64,000 nt of DNA from Escherichia phage vB_EcoM-172859UKE1. The translations under genes were made by a program, and so were the position numbers. This document shows, one piece after another, positions 8,203 through 17,096 of this stretch. The DNA is taken from the sequence record MZ234025.1, one strand, 5' to 3'. The notes below the pieces were generated by a model. That model saw only the letters and a program-made list of their open reading frames with translations, was not told the origin of the DNA and ran no database searches. The first letter of the stretch is position 1; each line of letters opens with the position of its first letter.

Positions 8203-8430
8203 ATGTTAAATCGTTGGATTAAACCTAATAACACATTAGGTGCTTTGATTGCTCAAGAAGTTTCGTTGAAATACGGTCTTGGATATTACGATGATGTAGT
8301 CGTACACTCATTCATGATGGATGGTGAAGACGTCAAATTTAATGCCGAAATCCGTTGGGATGATGGTGGTGTTCGTTTTGTTCGAGGAACAATTAATGCT
8401 TACGATACTGAAGAAGTTGTTTGCTGTTAA
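8203..8430 (+). CDS. hypothetical protein (75 aa)
   Basis: ATG 8203 preceded by aagaggaga; ORF-track start 8134 precedes the promoter. Confidence 0.5.
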   Translation: MLNRWIKPNNTLGALIAQEVSLKYGLGYYDDVVVHSFMMDGEDVKFNAEIRWDDGGVRFVRGTINAYDTEEVVCC

Positions 8431-8443
8431 ACCAGGCGAAGGT

Positions 8444-8632
8444 ATGATGCCTATTCCTGATACACATGAAAAGGCTTGGGAATACATTGGTGACGGCATG
8501 ATGGAAGAAGTTATTCGTCCTAAGTCTGCTTCAAACTCTTCAAGTTATAATCATTCATACGTATCGTCTTGGTCTGGTGATTCTGGGTCAAGTTATTCTG
8601 ATTGTGATTCAAGCTCAGGGAGCTGCGAATGA
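8444..8632 (+). CDS. hypothetical small protein with Ser-rich C-terminus
   Basis: ATG 8444; low-complexity tail SSSYNHSYVSSWSGDSGSSYSDCDSSSGSCE. Confidence 0.3.
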   Translation: MMPIPDTHEKAWEYIGDGMMEEVIRPKSASNSSSYNHSYVSSWSGDSGSSYSDCDSSSGSCE

Positions 8633-8808
8633 ACAAGATAGTTAAATGGTTTAAAAGCTGGGACGATGGTGTCGGTCCAGAAGATTGGCTGGATGTTCTT
8701 GAAGAGAATATGGCTAAAGAATTCCAGAAACATGAAGAAAAGCTCGTCGAAGATGAAGGCGAACGTATTGTAAAACTTTATATGGGTGAACCATCGAGGA
8801 AATTATAA
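8629..8808 (+). CDS. hypothetical small protein (59 aa)
   Basis: ATG overlaps previous stop (ATGA) and its stop overlaps next ATG (TAATG); below ORF-track size cutoff. Confidence 0.3.
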   Translation: MNKIVKWFKSWDDGVGPEDWLDVLEENMAKEFQKHEEKLVEDEGERIVKLYMGEPSRKL

Positions 8809-9272
8809 TGGATGCTATGCTATTTAAAATGTATTTGCTTGAAGCCAAGTCATTTAAACATATACCAGTGGAAGATAAGACTCCACTAGAAATAGCTATT
8901 CTCATTAACAAAAGTCTAAATAATCCGCAATATATCGTAGAAGAATTCTGCAAATTGCAGATTCCTAAAGGTTACAAAATTCGTGTAGAGCGAGTTGGAG
9001 CTATTACTCGTTCTAAAAATTCTCCGTTTAGTCTTGAAGAAGGCATAAAGGACTTAGGTTATGAATCTACGGAAAATGCAGTTTATGTGAATCCTGAAAA
9101 GCGTTTAGACTTGTTTGAAAAGCGAGACCATAAGTATTTTGCCAAAAAATACTTTATTACATCATTAGCAGATTTAGTCCATTTGCAACGAGCTATTTGG
9201 AAATTTTTTAAGACAAAAGGTGTAGCACTAGAAACATTCTCTGAACCGGCTAGTTTTTATCTAGGTGAATAA
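8808..9272 (+). CDS. hypothetical protein (154 aa)
   Basis: ORF with SD gaggaaattataATG. Confidence 0.5.
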   Translation: MDAMLFKMYLLEAKSFKHIPVEDKTPLEIAILINKSLNNPQYIVEEFCKLQIPKGYKIRVERVGAITRSKNSPFSLEEGIKDLGYESTENAVYVNPEKRLDLFEKRDHKYFAKKYFITSLADLVHLQRAIWKFFKTKGVALETFSEPASFYLGE

Positions 9273-9453
9273 TATGGACCTTATGAGTATGTTTGACGAG
9301 CCTGAAGTTGAGGCTCCTAAAGTGCATCGTAGTGAACTTGTTGATGAACTAGATAGTATTATACAACGACACGGCTTTAGTTTACCTGTTGAAGCCCTGA
9401 AAGACCTTGCATCTTATTATGACGACCCTCCACCATGGAGTCCTTGGAAATGA
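9265..9453 (+). CDS. hypothetical protein (62 aa)
   Basis: ORF overlapping previous stop. Confidence 0.35.
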   Translation: MNNMDLMSMFDEPEVEAPKVHRSELVDELDSIIQRHGFSLPVEALKDLASYYDDPPPWSPWK

Positions 9454-9669
9454 AAGAGAAATTGAAAGAGAAATTCTTACTAGAAATCAAGGAAAAAGAC
9501 TTTGAGACATGGTATCGAATGGTGAAAGGGCTGACATTGCTTTTTAAAGCATCGTTATTCATGTTAGAACAACCTGGTCCTGATGGGCCTTTAGTAGGAA
9601 AGCTTAAAAAGTAGTTTACATTCCCTCCTCTCGTGTTATGATAGGCTTATCTTTAAATGGAGGTCTATC

Positions 9670-10251
9670 ATGACATGTCAATCTGAACTTCAAGAACGCG
9701 AATACCTAACAAATCTGATTGATAGCAAATTCACCCGCCAAGAACAAAACATTCTCTGGGCCTGCACCGATTCTAAGGAAGACCCGGATTTCCACTATGA
9801 ATTAGACCATCTTGTTCGTAAGCATATGACTTCTACAGTGCCAGTAGAACTCTACCGTGGTGTAACTCCAGAAGAAGTAGAACGTCTTTCCCTTCTTTCT
9901 GTGGGATGCCATTGGTCTCCTGGACGAGTAACATCGTTCACAACTGATTTCAGTACAGCTCGTCAATTCTCCGGGAGATGGGAATATCAGACGTACACTA
10001 TTCTTAGTCTCAGGAATGCTCCATTCATTTTTGATTACTACCAAAACATGGTTAACATTGTACTTGCCGGAAAGAACCCTAAGCATGTTATGGAAGAAAC
10101 GCGTGTTGACGTCCTAGATATGATTGAATCTGAACAAGAATACATGGTCTCAGGTATCTCTAGATTTGAGATTGTGGAAATTGAAGAGTTAGAGTATGAC
10201 CCTTTGTCTCGAGTATACAAAATCATTCACTTAAAGATGTTGAATTTTTAG
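9670..10251 (+). CDS. ADP-ribosyltransferase, ModA/ModB family (paralog 1)
   Basis: R-S-E class motifs: YRG, STxxS-like FTTDFS, E-x-E (EQEY); tandem with a paralog; T4 synteny (modA/modB near dda). Confidence 0.6.
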   Translation: MTCQSELQEREYLTNLIDSKFTRQEQNILWACTDSKEDPDFHYELDHLVRKHMTSTVPVELYRGVTPEEVERLSLLSVGCHWSPGRVTSFTTDFSTARQFSGRWEYQTYTILSLRNAPFIFDYYQNMVNIVLAGKNPKHVMEETRVDVLDMIESEQEYMVSGISRFEIVEIEELEYDPLSRVYKIIHLKMLNF

Positions 10252-10308
10252 TGTACAAACTCTACCTACGATGATACTATACTTTTATCAACCACAGGAG
10301 AAACCTAA

Positions 10309-10917
10309 ATGTTTATGCCGTATAACGAGTGTGAAATTGAAGAAATGGTTCGTCGTGCTCAAAACCCCGAATATCAAGATGTATTGCAGTACGAAATTGA
10401 TAGTCAATTCAGCGACATTGAACAAAGTGTACTGTGGCAGTGTATGGAAAACAAGCCAGACTGTATTCAACAGGAGTTAAGTTCAATCGTTCGTAGAAAT
10501 TGGACGTCTTCTGTTCCTGAGACAATGTATCGTGGAATCTCTAAGAAAACTATGGCCACACTCGATGATAAAGGTATTGGTAGTATTATTAAATTTGACA
10601 GAGTAATGAGCTTCAGCCCAGTGTTCGGTGTAGCACGTAACTTTGCTTCGTATAATTTTTACGGAACATTTAATATGTTCTGCATCAAAGATGCACCATT
10701 TGCTTTCAACTTCCGTGAACATATGCTTAATATGATTCTGGCTGCACCATCTTGTGAGTTCAATGGAGCTTTCCCTGAAGCGACAAGACGGTCTAATGCT
10801 AGACTTATATCTGACGAATGTGAATTTATGCTCCCTATAGGGACTACACTGCGTGTAGATTCTATTATTCAAGATGGACGTTATACAATCTGGAATCTGT
10901 CTATTGTCAGTTACTGA
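10309..10917 (+). CDS. ADP-ribosyltransferase, ModA/ModB family (paralog 2)
   Basis: Shared blocks with 9670 ORF: VLWQC, SSVPETMYRGI, DAPFAFNF...MLNMILA, ECEF. Confidence 0.6.
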   Translation: MFMPYNECEIEEMVRRAQNPEYQDVLQYEIDSQFSDIEQSVLWQCMENKPDCIQQELSSIVRRNWTSSVPETMYRGISKKTMATLDDKGIGSIIKFDRVMSFSPVFGVARNFASYNFYGTFNMFCIKDAPFAFNFREHMLNMILAAPSCEFNGAFPEATRRSNARLISDECEFMLPIGTTLRVDSIIQDGRYTIWNLSIVSY

Positions 10918-11069
10918 CTGAATTGGAATAACCGGATGGAACTCAGAACCATTATAACACATAAAAAATTAAAGCATTTTATGAAAAAAGAGTGTACACT
11001 ACCTGAGGGCATGATATTATAAGCTTATCAGCTAAATGACCTAACGTCCGTAAGACAGAGGAAAATATT

Positions 11070-11816
11070 ATGTTGTCAAATAATAAAATTAACAAAATCA
11101 ATCGTCGTCTTGACCACACCAGAGCTTCTGCGAAGAGACGCTCTAAGGATTTTAACTTAGACTTTAATTACCTTAAAAACATTCTTGATCAAAAGGTCTG
11201 CGCTTACTCAGGTGAATCTTTTAATAACTCTGTTGAAGGTGAGAAATTATCCTTAGAACGTTTTAATAATGATATCGGCTACATTAAAGGTAATGTTATC
11301 CCAGTTAAGAAAAAATATAACACGGCTCGTTCTGATTTAACATTAGAAGAACTTATTGAGAAACGTGATGCCATTGCAAGACGTATCGCTAATCCTTCCG
11401 CCCGTAAAGTAGAGAAACTTAATCTCGACGAGAAGAAATGGGCCCAAATTAAAAAGGTTTATGGTACTATTTTAAAAATCCGAGCAAAACGTGAAAATCG
11501 TGTTAAGCATATGGCAAACATGATGAAAAATCAACCTTTATCTAACGAATCTAAACTTAGAATTGTTGCTTTGAAAGCACGCATTAATGGCTCACATCAA
11601 GCAGAAGGCCATGAACTTACTAAACTCAACGTTCTTCTTAAAGGCTCTGACTGGAAAACTAAAACTAAATTAACTGACGCTGAATCGCTTTTCGATACAT
11701 ATGATAAAGTTATCCAAGGTCTGCAACGTTTTGAAAAGATTGGTTTCATTGGTAAATTAAAATTGAAACGTGGCTTACCACTTAGCGCATCATTATTCCA
11801 ACTGATTAAAGGTTAA
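11070..11816 (+). CDS. Srd-position protein with N-terminal degenerate HNH-like motif
   Basis: CAYSGESF...LSLERFNNDIGYIKGNVIPV...N resembles the C.YCG...IDRID..GY..NV motif of phage HNH endonucleases but lacks the Cys ligands; basic helical C-terminal half. Confidence 0.45.
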   Translation: MLSNNKINKINRRLDHTRASAKRRSKDFNLDFNYLKNILDQKVCAYSGESFNNSVEGEKLSLERFNNDIGYIKGNVIPVKKKYNTARSDLTLEELIEKRDAIARRIANPSARKVEKLNLDEKKWAQIKKVYGTILKIRAKRENRVKHMANMMKNQPLSNESKLRIVALKARINGSHQAEGHELTKLNVLLKGSDWKTKTKLTDAESLFDTYDKVIQGLQRFEKIGFIGKLKLKRGLPLSASLFQLIKG

Positions 11817-11818
11817 TT

Positions 11819-12130
11819 ATGGTTTATGTATATGCAATAGTTTATCGAGATATGGAAGGATTTACTGTCCCGGTTCCACTTGATGAGCATCGTCCTGCAG
11901 TATTTTTTAGAAAAGATATTGCAGATAAAGTTTTCGATACTTTGAAAACACAGTATAAAACGGATTTAAAAATGGGAGTTCTAAGAATGGTCGAAACTCC
12001 GCGTAAGTTCTGGTTTAATAAGCTTGAAATGAAACACGTTAAACTAGATGCGGAGACGCAAAAATTGTATCAACGAATCCTGGACACAGGACGTATTGTT
12101 AGTATTCCAATTGCAGGGACTTTACGATGA
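11819..12130 (+). CDS. hypothetical protein (103 aa, dda.1 position)
   Basis: ORF tightly packed between neighbours; stop overlaps dda start. Confidence 0.4.
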   Translation: MVYVYAIVYRDMEGFTVPVPLDEHRPAVFFRKDIADKVFDTLKTQYKTDLKMGVLRMVETPRKFWFNKLEMKHVKLDAETQKLYQRILDTGRIVSIPIAGTLR

Positions 12131-13440
12131 CATTTGATGATTTGACTGAAGGCCAGAAAAACGCCTTCAACGTTGTTATGAACGCTATTAAAGAAAAGAA
12201 ACATCACGTAACTATTAATGGGCCTGCTGGTACAGGTAAAACAACCCTTACTAGATTCATCGTTGAAGCCCTTATTTCTTCTGGAGAATCAGGTATTATT
12301 TTAGCAGCCCCTACACATGCTGCTAAAAAGGTTCTAAGCAAACTTGCGGGTCAAGAAGCATCGACTATTCATAGCATTCTTAAAATCAACCCAACTACAT
12401 ACGAAGAAAACGTATTATTTGAACAGAAAAAGGTTCCAGACTTAGCCTTGTGTCGTGTACTGTTATTTGATGAAGCGTCAATGTGCGACCGTTCTCTGTT
12501 TAAAATAATGTTAGCTAGTATCCCTAAATGGTGTACAGTAATTGGAATCGGCGACCGATGCCAGATTCGTCCGGTAGACCCAGGCGAATCAACTGCGTAT
12601 CTAAGTCCTTTCTTCACTCACAAAGACTTCGTGCAATGCAACCTTACAGAAGTTAAACGTAGCAATGCACCAATTATTGATGTTGCGACTGATATTCGTA
12701 ACGGCAAATGGATTTACGATAAAGTAGTTGATGGGCACGGTGTTCACGGATATACAGACCTTAAATCGTATATGATGAACTATTTTAACGTCGTTAAAAC
12801 TCCTGAAGACCTTTTCGAAAATCGAATGATGGCATTCACAAATAAGTCGGTGGACAAGTTAAATTCAATTATTCGCCGAAAACTTCTTGAAACAGAAAAA
12901 CCATTTATTAAAGACGAAGTCATTGTTCTACAAGAGCCGTTTACTAAGACATATAAGCTAGATGGTAAAAATATGACCGAAATGCTTTTCAATAACGGTC
13001 AATTCGTTCGTATTCGAGATGCTGTAGAAACTTCTACATTCGTTAAAGCACGTGGTGTTTCAGGCGAATATATGATACGATACTGGAATCTTACAGTAGA
13101 AACGTATGGGGATGATGAAGAATACATCCGCGAAGATATAAAGGTTATTTCTTCTGAAGAAGAGCTTTATAAATTCAATTTGTTTTTGGCTAAGACCGCA
13201 GAAACATACAAATTTTGGAATAAAGGTGGTAAAGCTCCATGGAGCGAATTCTGGGATGCTAAACGTATGTTCACTAAGGTGAAGGCACTACCAGTATCAA
13301 CCTTCCATAAGGCCCAGGGTATGTCTGTTGACACGGCCTTTGTTTATACACCGTGTATCCATTACGCCGATTCAGAATTAGCTAAACAGTTATTGTATGT
13401 CGGCACAACTCGTGGTCGGTTTGACGTCCATTTTATTTGA
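12127..13440 (+). CDS. dda: Dda DNA helicase (SF1B)
   Basis: Walker A GPAGTGKTT; helicase motifs; length as T4 Dda. Confidence 0.9.
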   Translation: MTFDDLTEGQKNAFNVVMNAIKEKKHHVTINGPAGTGKTTLTRFIVEALISSGESGIILAAPTHAAKKVLSKLAGQEASTIHSILKINPTTYEENVLFEQKKVPDLALCRVLLFDEASMCDRSLFKIMLASIPKWCTVIGIGDRCQIRPVDPGESTAYLSPFFTHKDFVQCNLTEVKRSNAPIIDVATDIRNGKWIYDKVVDGHGVHGYTDLKSYMMNYFNVVKTPEDLFENRMMAFTNKSVDKLNSIIRRKLLETEKPFIKDEVIVLQEPFTKTYKLDGKNMTEMLFNNGQFVRIRDAVETSTFVKARGVSGEYMIRYWNLTVETYGDDEEYIREDIKVISSEEELYKFNLFLAKTAETYKFWNKGGKAPWSEFWDAKRMFTKVKALPVSTFHKAQGMSVDTAFVYTPCIHYADSELAKQLLYVGTTRGRFDVHFI

Positions 13441-13449
13441 GAGAAAATT

Positions 13450-14127
13450 ATGAGCACTGATGTTATTATAGATTTTGAAACATTCGGCAATACATCAAAA
13501 GCGGCTGTTATTGACCTTGCGGTTATTGCATATAATTCCGACCCTGAAGTTGTTGAATCATTTGAAGAACTTGTTCAACGAGGTAAGCGAATTAAATTTA
13601 ATTTAGCTTCTCAGAAAGGGAAGCGAGTTTTCGCTAAATCCACTATGAAATGGTGGAAAGAACAATCGGCTGAAGCACGTAAAAACTTGGCTCCGTCTGA
13701 AGACGATGTCACTACGCTTGAAGGCATTAAAATCTTTTTAGACTATTGCCGAGCTAATAAAGTTGACCAATGGAAATCACAGATGTGGTGTCGTGGTATG
13801 AGCTTTGACTTCCCGATATTGGTCGATTTGATTCGTGACCTCTATCGTGATGAAGGTGTTCCTGAACCAGAGATTGATACTGATAAATTAGAACCGGTTA
13901 AATTCTGGGCTCAACGTGATATTCGTACGGCAATCGAAGCTTACTCGTTGACACGAGGATTAAGTATGTGTCCATTACCGATGGGTACGCTAAAAGGATT
14001 CGTTGCCCATGATAGTATTCATGATTGTGCTAAAGATATTTTGATGTTAAAATATGCTCAGCGTTATGCGCTTGGTCTTGAAGATGTCCCTGAGAATCCT
14101 GACCCGTTAAGTGTAAAACAGCGATAA
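13450..14127 (+). CDS. dexA: DexA exonuclease A
   Basis: DEDD-like N-terminus (IIDFETFG), T4 synteny after dda. Confidence 0.8.
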   Translation: MSTDVIIDFETFGNTSKAAVIDLAVIAYNSDPEVVESFEELVQRGKRIKFNLASQKGKRVFAKSTMKWWKEQSAEARKNLAPSEDDVTTLEGIKIFLDYCRANKVDQWKSQMWCRGMSFDFPILVDLIRDLYRDEGVPEPEIDTDKLEPVKFWAQRDIRTAIEAYSLTRGLSMCPLPMGTLKGFVAHDSIHDCAKDILMLKYAQRYALGLEDVPENPDPLSVKQR

Positions 14128-14132
14128 AATCA

Positions 14133-14162
14133 GTTTACAACCAAGGACGGTTGGAGTATAAT
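14133..14162 (+). promoter_or_regulatory. Early promoter cassette GTTTACAACCAAGGACGGTTGGAGTATAAT
   Basis: GTTTAC 14133-14138 and TATAAT 14157-14162; near-identical cassette at 14689 and 60653. Confidence 0.65.
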
Positions 14163-14192
14163 CTTTCTATCTTAACCAAACGGGAAACAATT

Positions 14193-14687
14193 ATGAATAT
14201 CAATACTACGTCTACTTACATCCTGAAAGACGAAAAACAAATCAACTGGTACGGTGCTTCAGTGCGAGCTTATGAAAAGTTTTGTGAAATTTTAGGTGCC
14301 ACTCAAGGTAATAGTTTCACTATTGTTAACTTCATTAAACAAGTTGAAGGCCCTTGGTTATTCTTAGAAATTAAAAATTCATACGGTACAATTTCTACTA
14401 CTGCCATCCCAAGCACCGACTTTGAACTGTTGATTGAAGAAGCACCTGTTAAAGATGGTCTCCACTTTGATATGGATATCGTTTGTATGTACGGTACTCT
14501 GATTAAGCCTATTGAGCCTACTGATTTATTGTGTAAATATGTTTCAATTCGACGCCCATTCGATGGTCCAGTAAATGGATGGGTAACTGATCAGTGGATT
14601 GAAGATGGGGTTGAACTTCTGAACGTTGTTCATGCCGGTGATTTTAGTGTGGTTCCACGTAGTGCAGTAGTTAATATTCTAAATTAA
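14193..14687 (+). CDS. hypothetical protein, member of tandem paralog family (C-terminal DQWIEDG...GDF.VV motif)
   Basis: ATG 14193 downstream of promoter; shares C-terminal block with 14749 and 15214 ORFs. Confidence 0.55.
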   Translation: MNINTTSTYILKDEKQINWYGASVRAYEKFCEILGATQGNSFTIVNFIKQVEGPWLFLEIKNSYGTISTTAIPSTDFELLIEEAPVKDGLHFDMDIVCMYGTLIKPIEPTDLLCKYVSIRRPFDGPVNGWVTDQWIEDGVELLNVVHAGDFSVVPRSAVVNILN

Positions 14688-14688
14688 T

Positions 14689-14719
14689 GTTGTACATCCA
14701 AGGATGGATGGAGTATAAT
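14689..14719 (+). promoter_or_regulatory. Early promoter cassette GTTGTACATCCAAGGATGGATGGAGTATAAT
   Basis: TATAAT 14714-14719; paralog of cassette at 14133. Confidence 0.6.
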
Positions 14720-14748
14720 GAATTCAATTTAACAAAGAGAGAAAAATT

Positions 14749-15204
14749 ATGATTACTATTGGTGAAATTAAGCGTGTATCAACTGCATCCCGGTCTAAAG
14801 CCGCAGGTCGTCTGGTTGAAGTGGTAGGACTTCGCACAAATGGCATGGGACGCATTAAAGAAGTTAAAGTTCGAATCATTCCTAGTTTTGGACGTCAGGA
14901 TACTCAGCACGCTTACGTAAGTCCTAAATTCTTGGAAACTCCTGTGAGCGCTCATTTTGCTTCTACTGAACCTAATGCACAGTTCAAATGGGCCTTGTGT
15001 AAAGGTGTTGAATTCCAGACTGATAAAGAATTTGACTTCATCGATGAATACGGTTATCCAAGCAAAACTGATACTATGTGCGGCTTCATTAGTGACCAAT
15101 GGGTTGAAGATGGTGAAAAGTTATACAATATCGTATTCTTAGGTGACTTCCGAGTTGTTAAAGAATCTGAAATCACTCGTTATGTGTCTCCTCGTAAAGC
15201 TTAA
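14749..15204 (+). CDS. hypothetical protein, tandem paralog family member 2
   Basis: VSTASRSKAAGRLVEV... and C-terminal GFISDQWVEDGEKLYNIVFLGDF shared with next gene. Confidence 0.55.
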   Translation: MITIGEIKRVSTASRSKAAGRLVEVVGLRTNGMGRIKEVKVRIIPSFGRQDTQHAYVSPKFLETPVSAHFASTEPNAQFKWALCKGVEFQTDKEFDFIDEYGYPSKTDTMCGFISDQWVEDGEKLYNIVFLGDFRVVKESEITRYVSPRKA

Positions 15205-15213
15205 GGAATTATT

Positions 15214-15633
15214 ATGAATATTGTAAATCTCTCTACAGGTGATTACGTATATGTATCTGTTGCTTCTCGCTCTAAAGTTGCCGGGAAGTTGGTTGAAGTT
15301 CTTTCTGTGAGTGATCCGGTTTTTGGTCGTAACCAAGTTAAAGTTCGTGACGCCGATGGTAACATTGGTTACGTTAAAAGCCAATTTATTGAACCAGAAG
15401 AAAAAGCGTTCAAATGGAAACTGGGCAGATCAGTTTTAGTTGTAAAAGACTACGAGTTCACCATTGCCGCTGCGACAGATGGAACACCGTGGACAACGAA
15501 TCAAGTTGCTGGTTTTATTTCGGACCAATGGGTGGAAGATGGTGTTAAGCTTTATAACATTGTTTTCGCTGGGCAGTTCATGGTAGTTCCTGAGTTCCAA
15601 ATCAAAAAATATTGTCCAGCATCTTTTGCATAA
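15214..15633 (+). CDS. hypothetical protein, tandem paralog family member 3
   Basis: VSVASRSKVAGKLVEV... and GFISDQWVEDGVKLYNIVFAGQF. Confidence 0.55.
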   Translation: MNIVNLSTGDYVYVSVASRSKVAGKLVEVLSVSDPVFGRNQVKVRDADGNIGYVKSQFIEPEEKAFKWKLGRSVLVVKDYEFTIAAATDGTPWTTNQVAGFISDQWVEDGVKLYNIVFAGQFMVVPEFQIKKYCPASFA

Positions 15634-15637
15634 AGTT

Positions 15638-15666
15638 GTTTACTTCTCCTCCGGTTTTGATATTAT
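15638..15666 (+). promoter_or_regulatory. Early promoter (GTTTAC 15638-15643, TATTAT 15661-15666)
   Basis: 17-bp spacer; ggtt..aacc inverted repeat around -10. Confidence 0.55.
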
Positions 15667-15692
15667 AACCATATCAACCAGAGGAGAATAAT

Positions 15693-16217
15693 ATGTTAGT
15701 TTACCGCGTAGAACGTAGTTTTTGTACTCAACGTGAATCATTACCAGGAATTGCTATCGAAGATGGTAAAGCCGTCAGAATTTGGGAAACCTCTTGGAAT
15801 AAAGAACCTCGTTCGCCGTATGGTTGGTCGGGCACCGACAACTCTGAAGAAACATGGGAGTTCCTTGATAAGCATGGAATACTCTCAGGTAACTTCTACC
15901 ATCACGGCGACAACTATAATGTCCCTAATCGTCCTACAGTAAATGAAGACAAACTCCTTGAACAAAATATCTTAAGATACTATAGAATTGAGCACACATT
16001 TGAATTGAGTGAAGATTGGGCTCAAGGGTTCTATTTTGGATTTGAAAGTGTTGACGCGGTTTATGCATGGTTTGATGACCAGGTGGATGTTGAACTCTTG
16101 AAAGCTAAAGGATACTACATCGCGGTCTATGAAGCACCTGATTTCATCCTCGGAAGTTGTCAATTAATGTTTAGACGTTCATTGGCAGAACAAGTTGATT
16201 TTATTTTGCTAAAATGA
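15693..16217 (+). CDS. hypothetical protein (174 aa)
   Basis: ORF with SD cagaggagaataatATG. Confidence 0.5.
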   Translation: MLVYRVERSFCTQRESLPGIAIEDGKAVRIWETSWNKEPRSPYGWSGTDNSEETWEFLDKHGILSGNFYHHGDNYNVPNRPTVNEDKLLEQNILRYYRIEHTFELSEDWAQGFYFGFESVDAVYAWFDDQVDVELLKAKGYYIAVYEAPDFILGSCQLMFRRSLAEQVDFILLK

Positions 16218-16274
16218 TGTACAACAACTATGGTCTATGATACTATAGACCTATCAAAACAAGAGGAGAATATT

Positions 16275-16502
16275 ATGAAACGTCAAATCATTAAAAACGT
16301 AACTACTGATTCAAACATCGATGAGTTTGAAGATGTTCTGTTTAATCCTGATTTAGTTGTTGTACAGAAAAACTGGACCGAATTTTTATGCTACACTGAA
16401 GTGGTTTACGTTTATGAAAAACTCGGCGATGAAATGCCTATCTATGGTATCTTCCGTGAAATCACTGAAAACGGTACAACTTATTGGAAGGAAACTTACT
16501 AA
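16275..16502 (+). CDS. hypothetical protein (75 aa)
   Basis: ATG 16275 after aagaggagaatatt; promoter with tatagacctatc cassette upstream. Confidence 0.45.
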   Translation: MKRQIIKNVTTDSNIDEFEDVLFNPDLVVVQKNWTEFLCYTEVVYVYEKLGDEMPIYGIFREITENGTTYWKETY

Positions 16503-16915
16503 TGGCTAATAAATTCCGCGTTAACTCATGGTACCAATTTATAGATAAACGTGCCCAAGAAGAGTTTATTAAAGACCACACTGATAATGGGATTTATGCA
16601 CGACGTCTTGGCATGGAACCATTTAAAGTATTAGATGTTGACCATCTTGGTCGTCCTACTAAAATTGTGACATCTACTGGCACGGTTGGATACGCAACAG
16701 GCGGTGATATCCTTGATGAAAACTTTATCTGGCTCTCCACGAATGAAGCAGAGTTCTTTGACGAAGTTGAAAATCCATATCTAGCGTCCGAAGAGCAAGA
16801 TTCTGGTGAACTTGACGAATTGTCTGAATTTCCGGTGATGACGATTACTATCGAAAATAACGACCAGGCATGGTCTTTGTATCAAATGTTGAAAGCTCAC
16901 TTTAAGGAACAATAA
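16502..16915 (+). CDS. hypothetical acidic protein (137 aa)
   Basis: ATG 16502 overlaps previous stop (TAATG); ORF-track start 16484 is TTG. Confidence 0.45.
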   Translation: MANKFRVNSWYQFIDKRAQEEFIKDHTDNGIYARRLGMEPFKVLDVDHLGRPTKIVTSTGTVGYATGGDILDENFIWLSTNEAEFFDEVENPYLASEEQDSGELDELSEFPVMTITIENNDQAWSLYQMLKAHFKEQ

Positions 16916-17094
16916 TGCCGTTATACGACTATAAATGTCAATCTGAAGATTGTGGTCATGAATATGAAAAAATTAAAAGGATTTCTGAACGAGAAAACGA
17001 TGTTTGCCCTGAATGTCATCGTCTGTCTACTCGTCGGGTTTCTGCTCCTAAACATGTGAACGGTGGTTTTTACGACTTACTTAAGAAGGGTTAA
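16915..17094 (+). CDS. zinc-ribbon small protein (59 aa), FmdB-like CxxC...CPxC
   Basis: [18 protein letters not shown]...NDVCPECH; ATG overlaps previous stop (TAATG); not in ORF track (<60 aa). Confidence 0.5.
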   Translation: MPLYDYKCQSEDCGHEYEKIKRISERENDVCPECHRLSTRRVSAPKHVNGGFYDLLKKG

Positions 17095-17096
17095 TT

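Noticed and set aside
10483-10962. 159-aa minus-strand ORF opposite the second Mod-like ART gene
   Set aside because: Fully overlaps a plus-strand gene with conserved motifs; Cys/Arg-rich shadow-frame composition; no SD.
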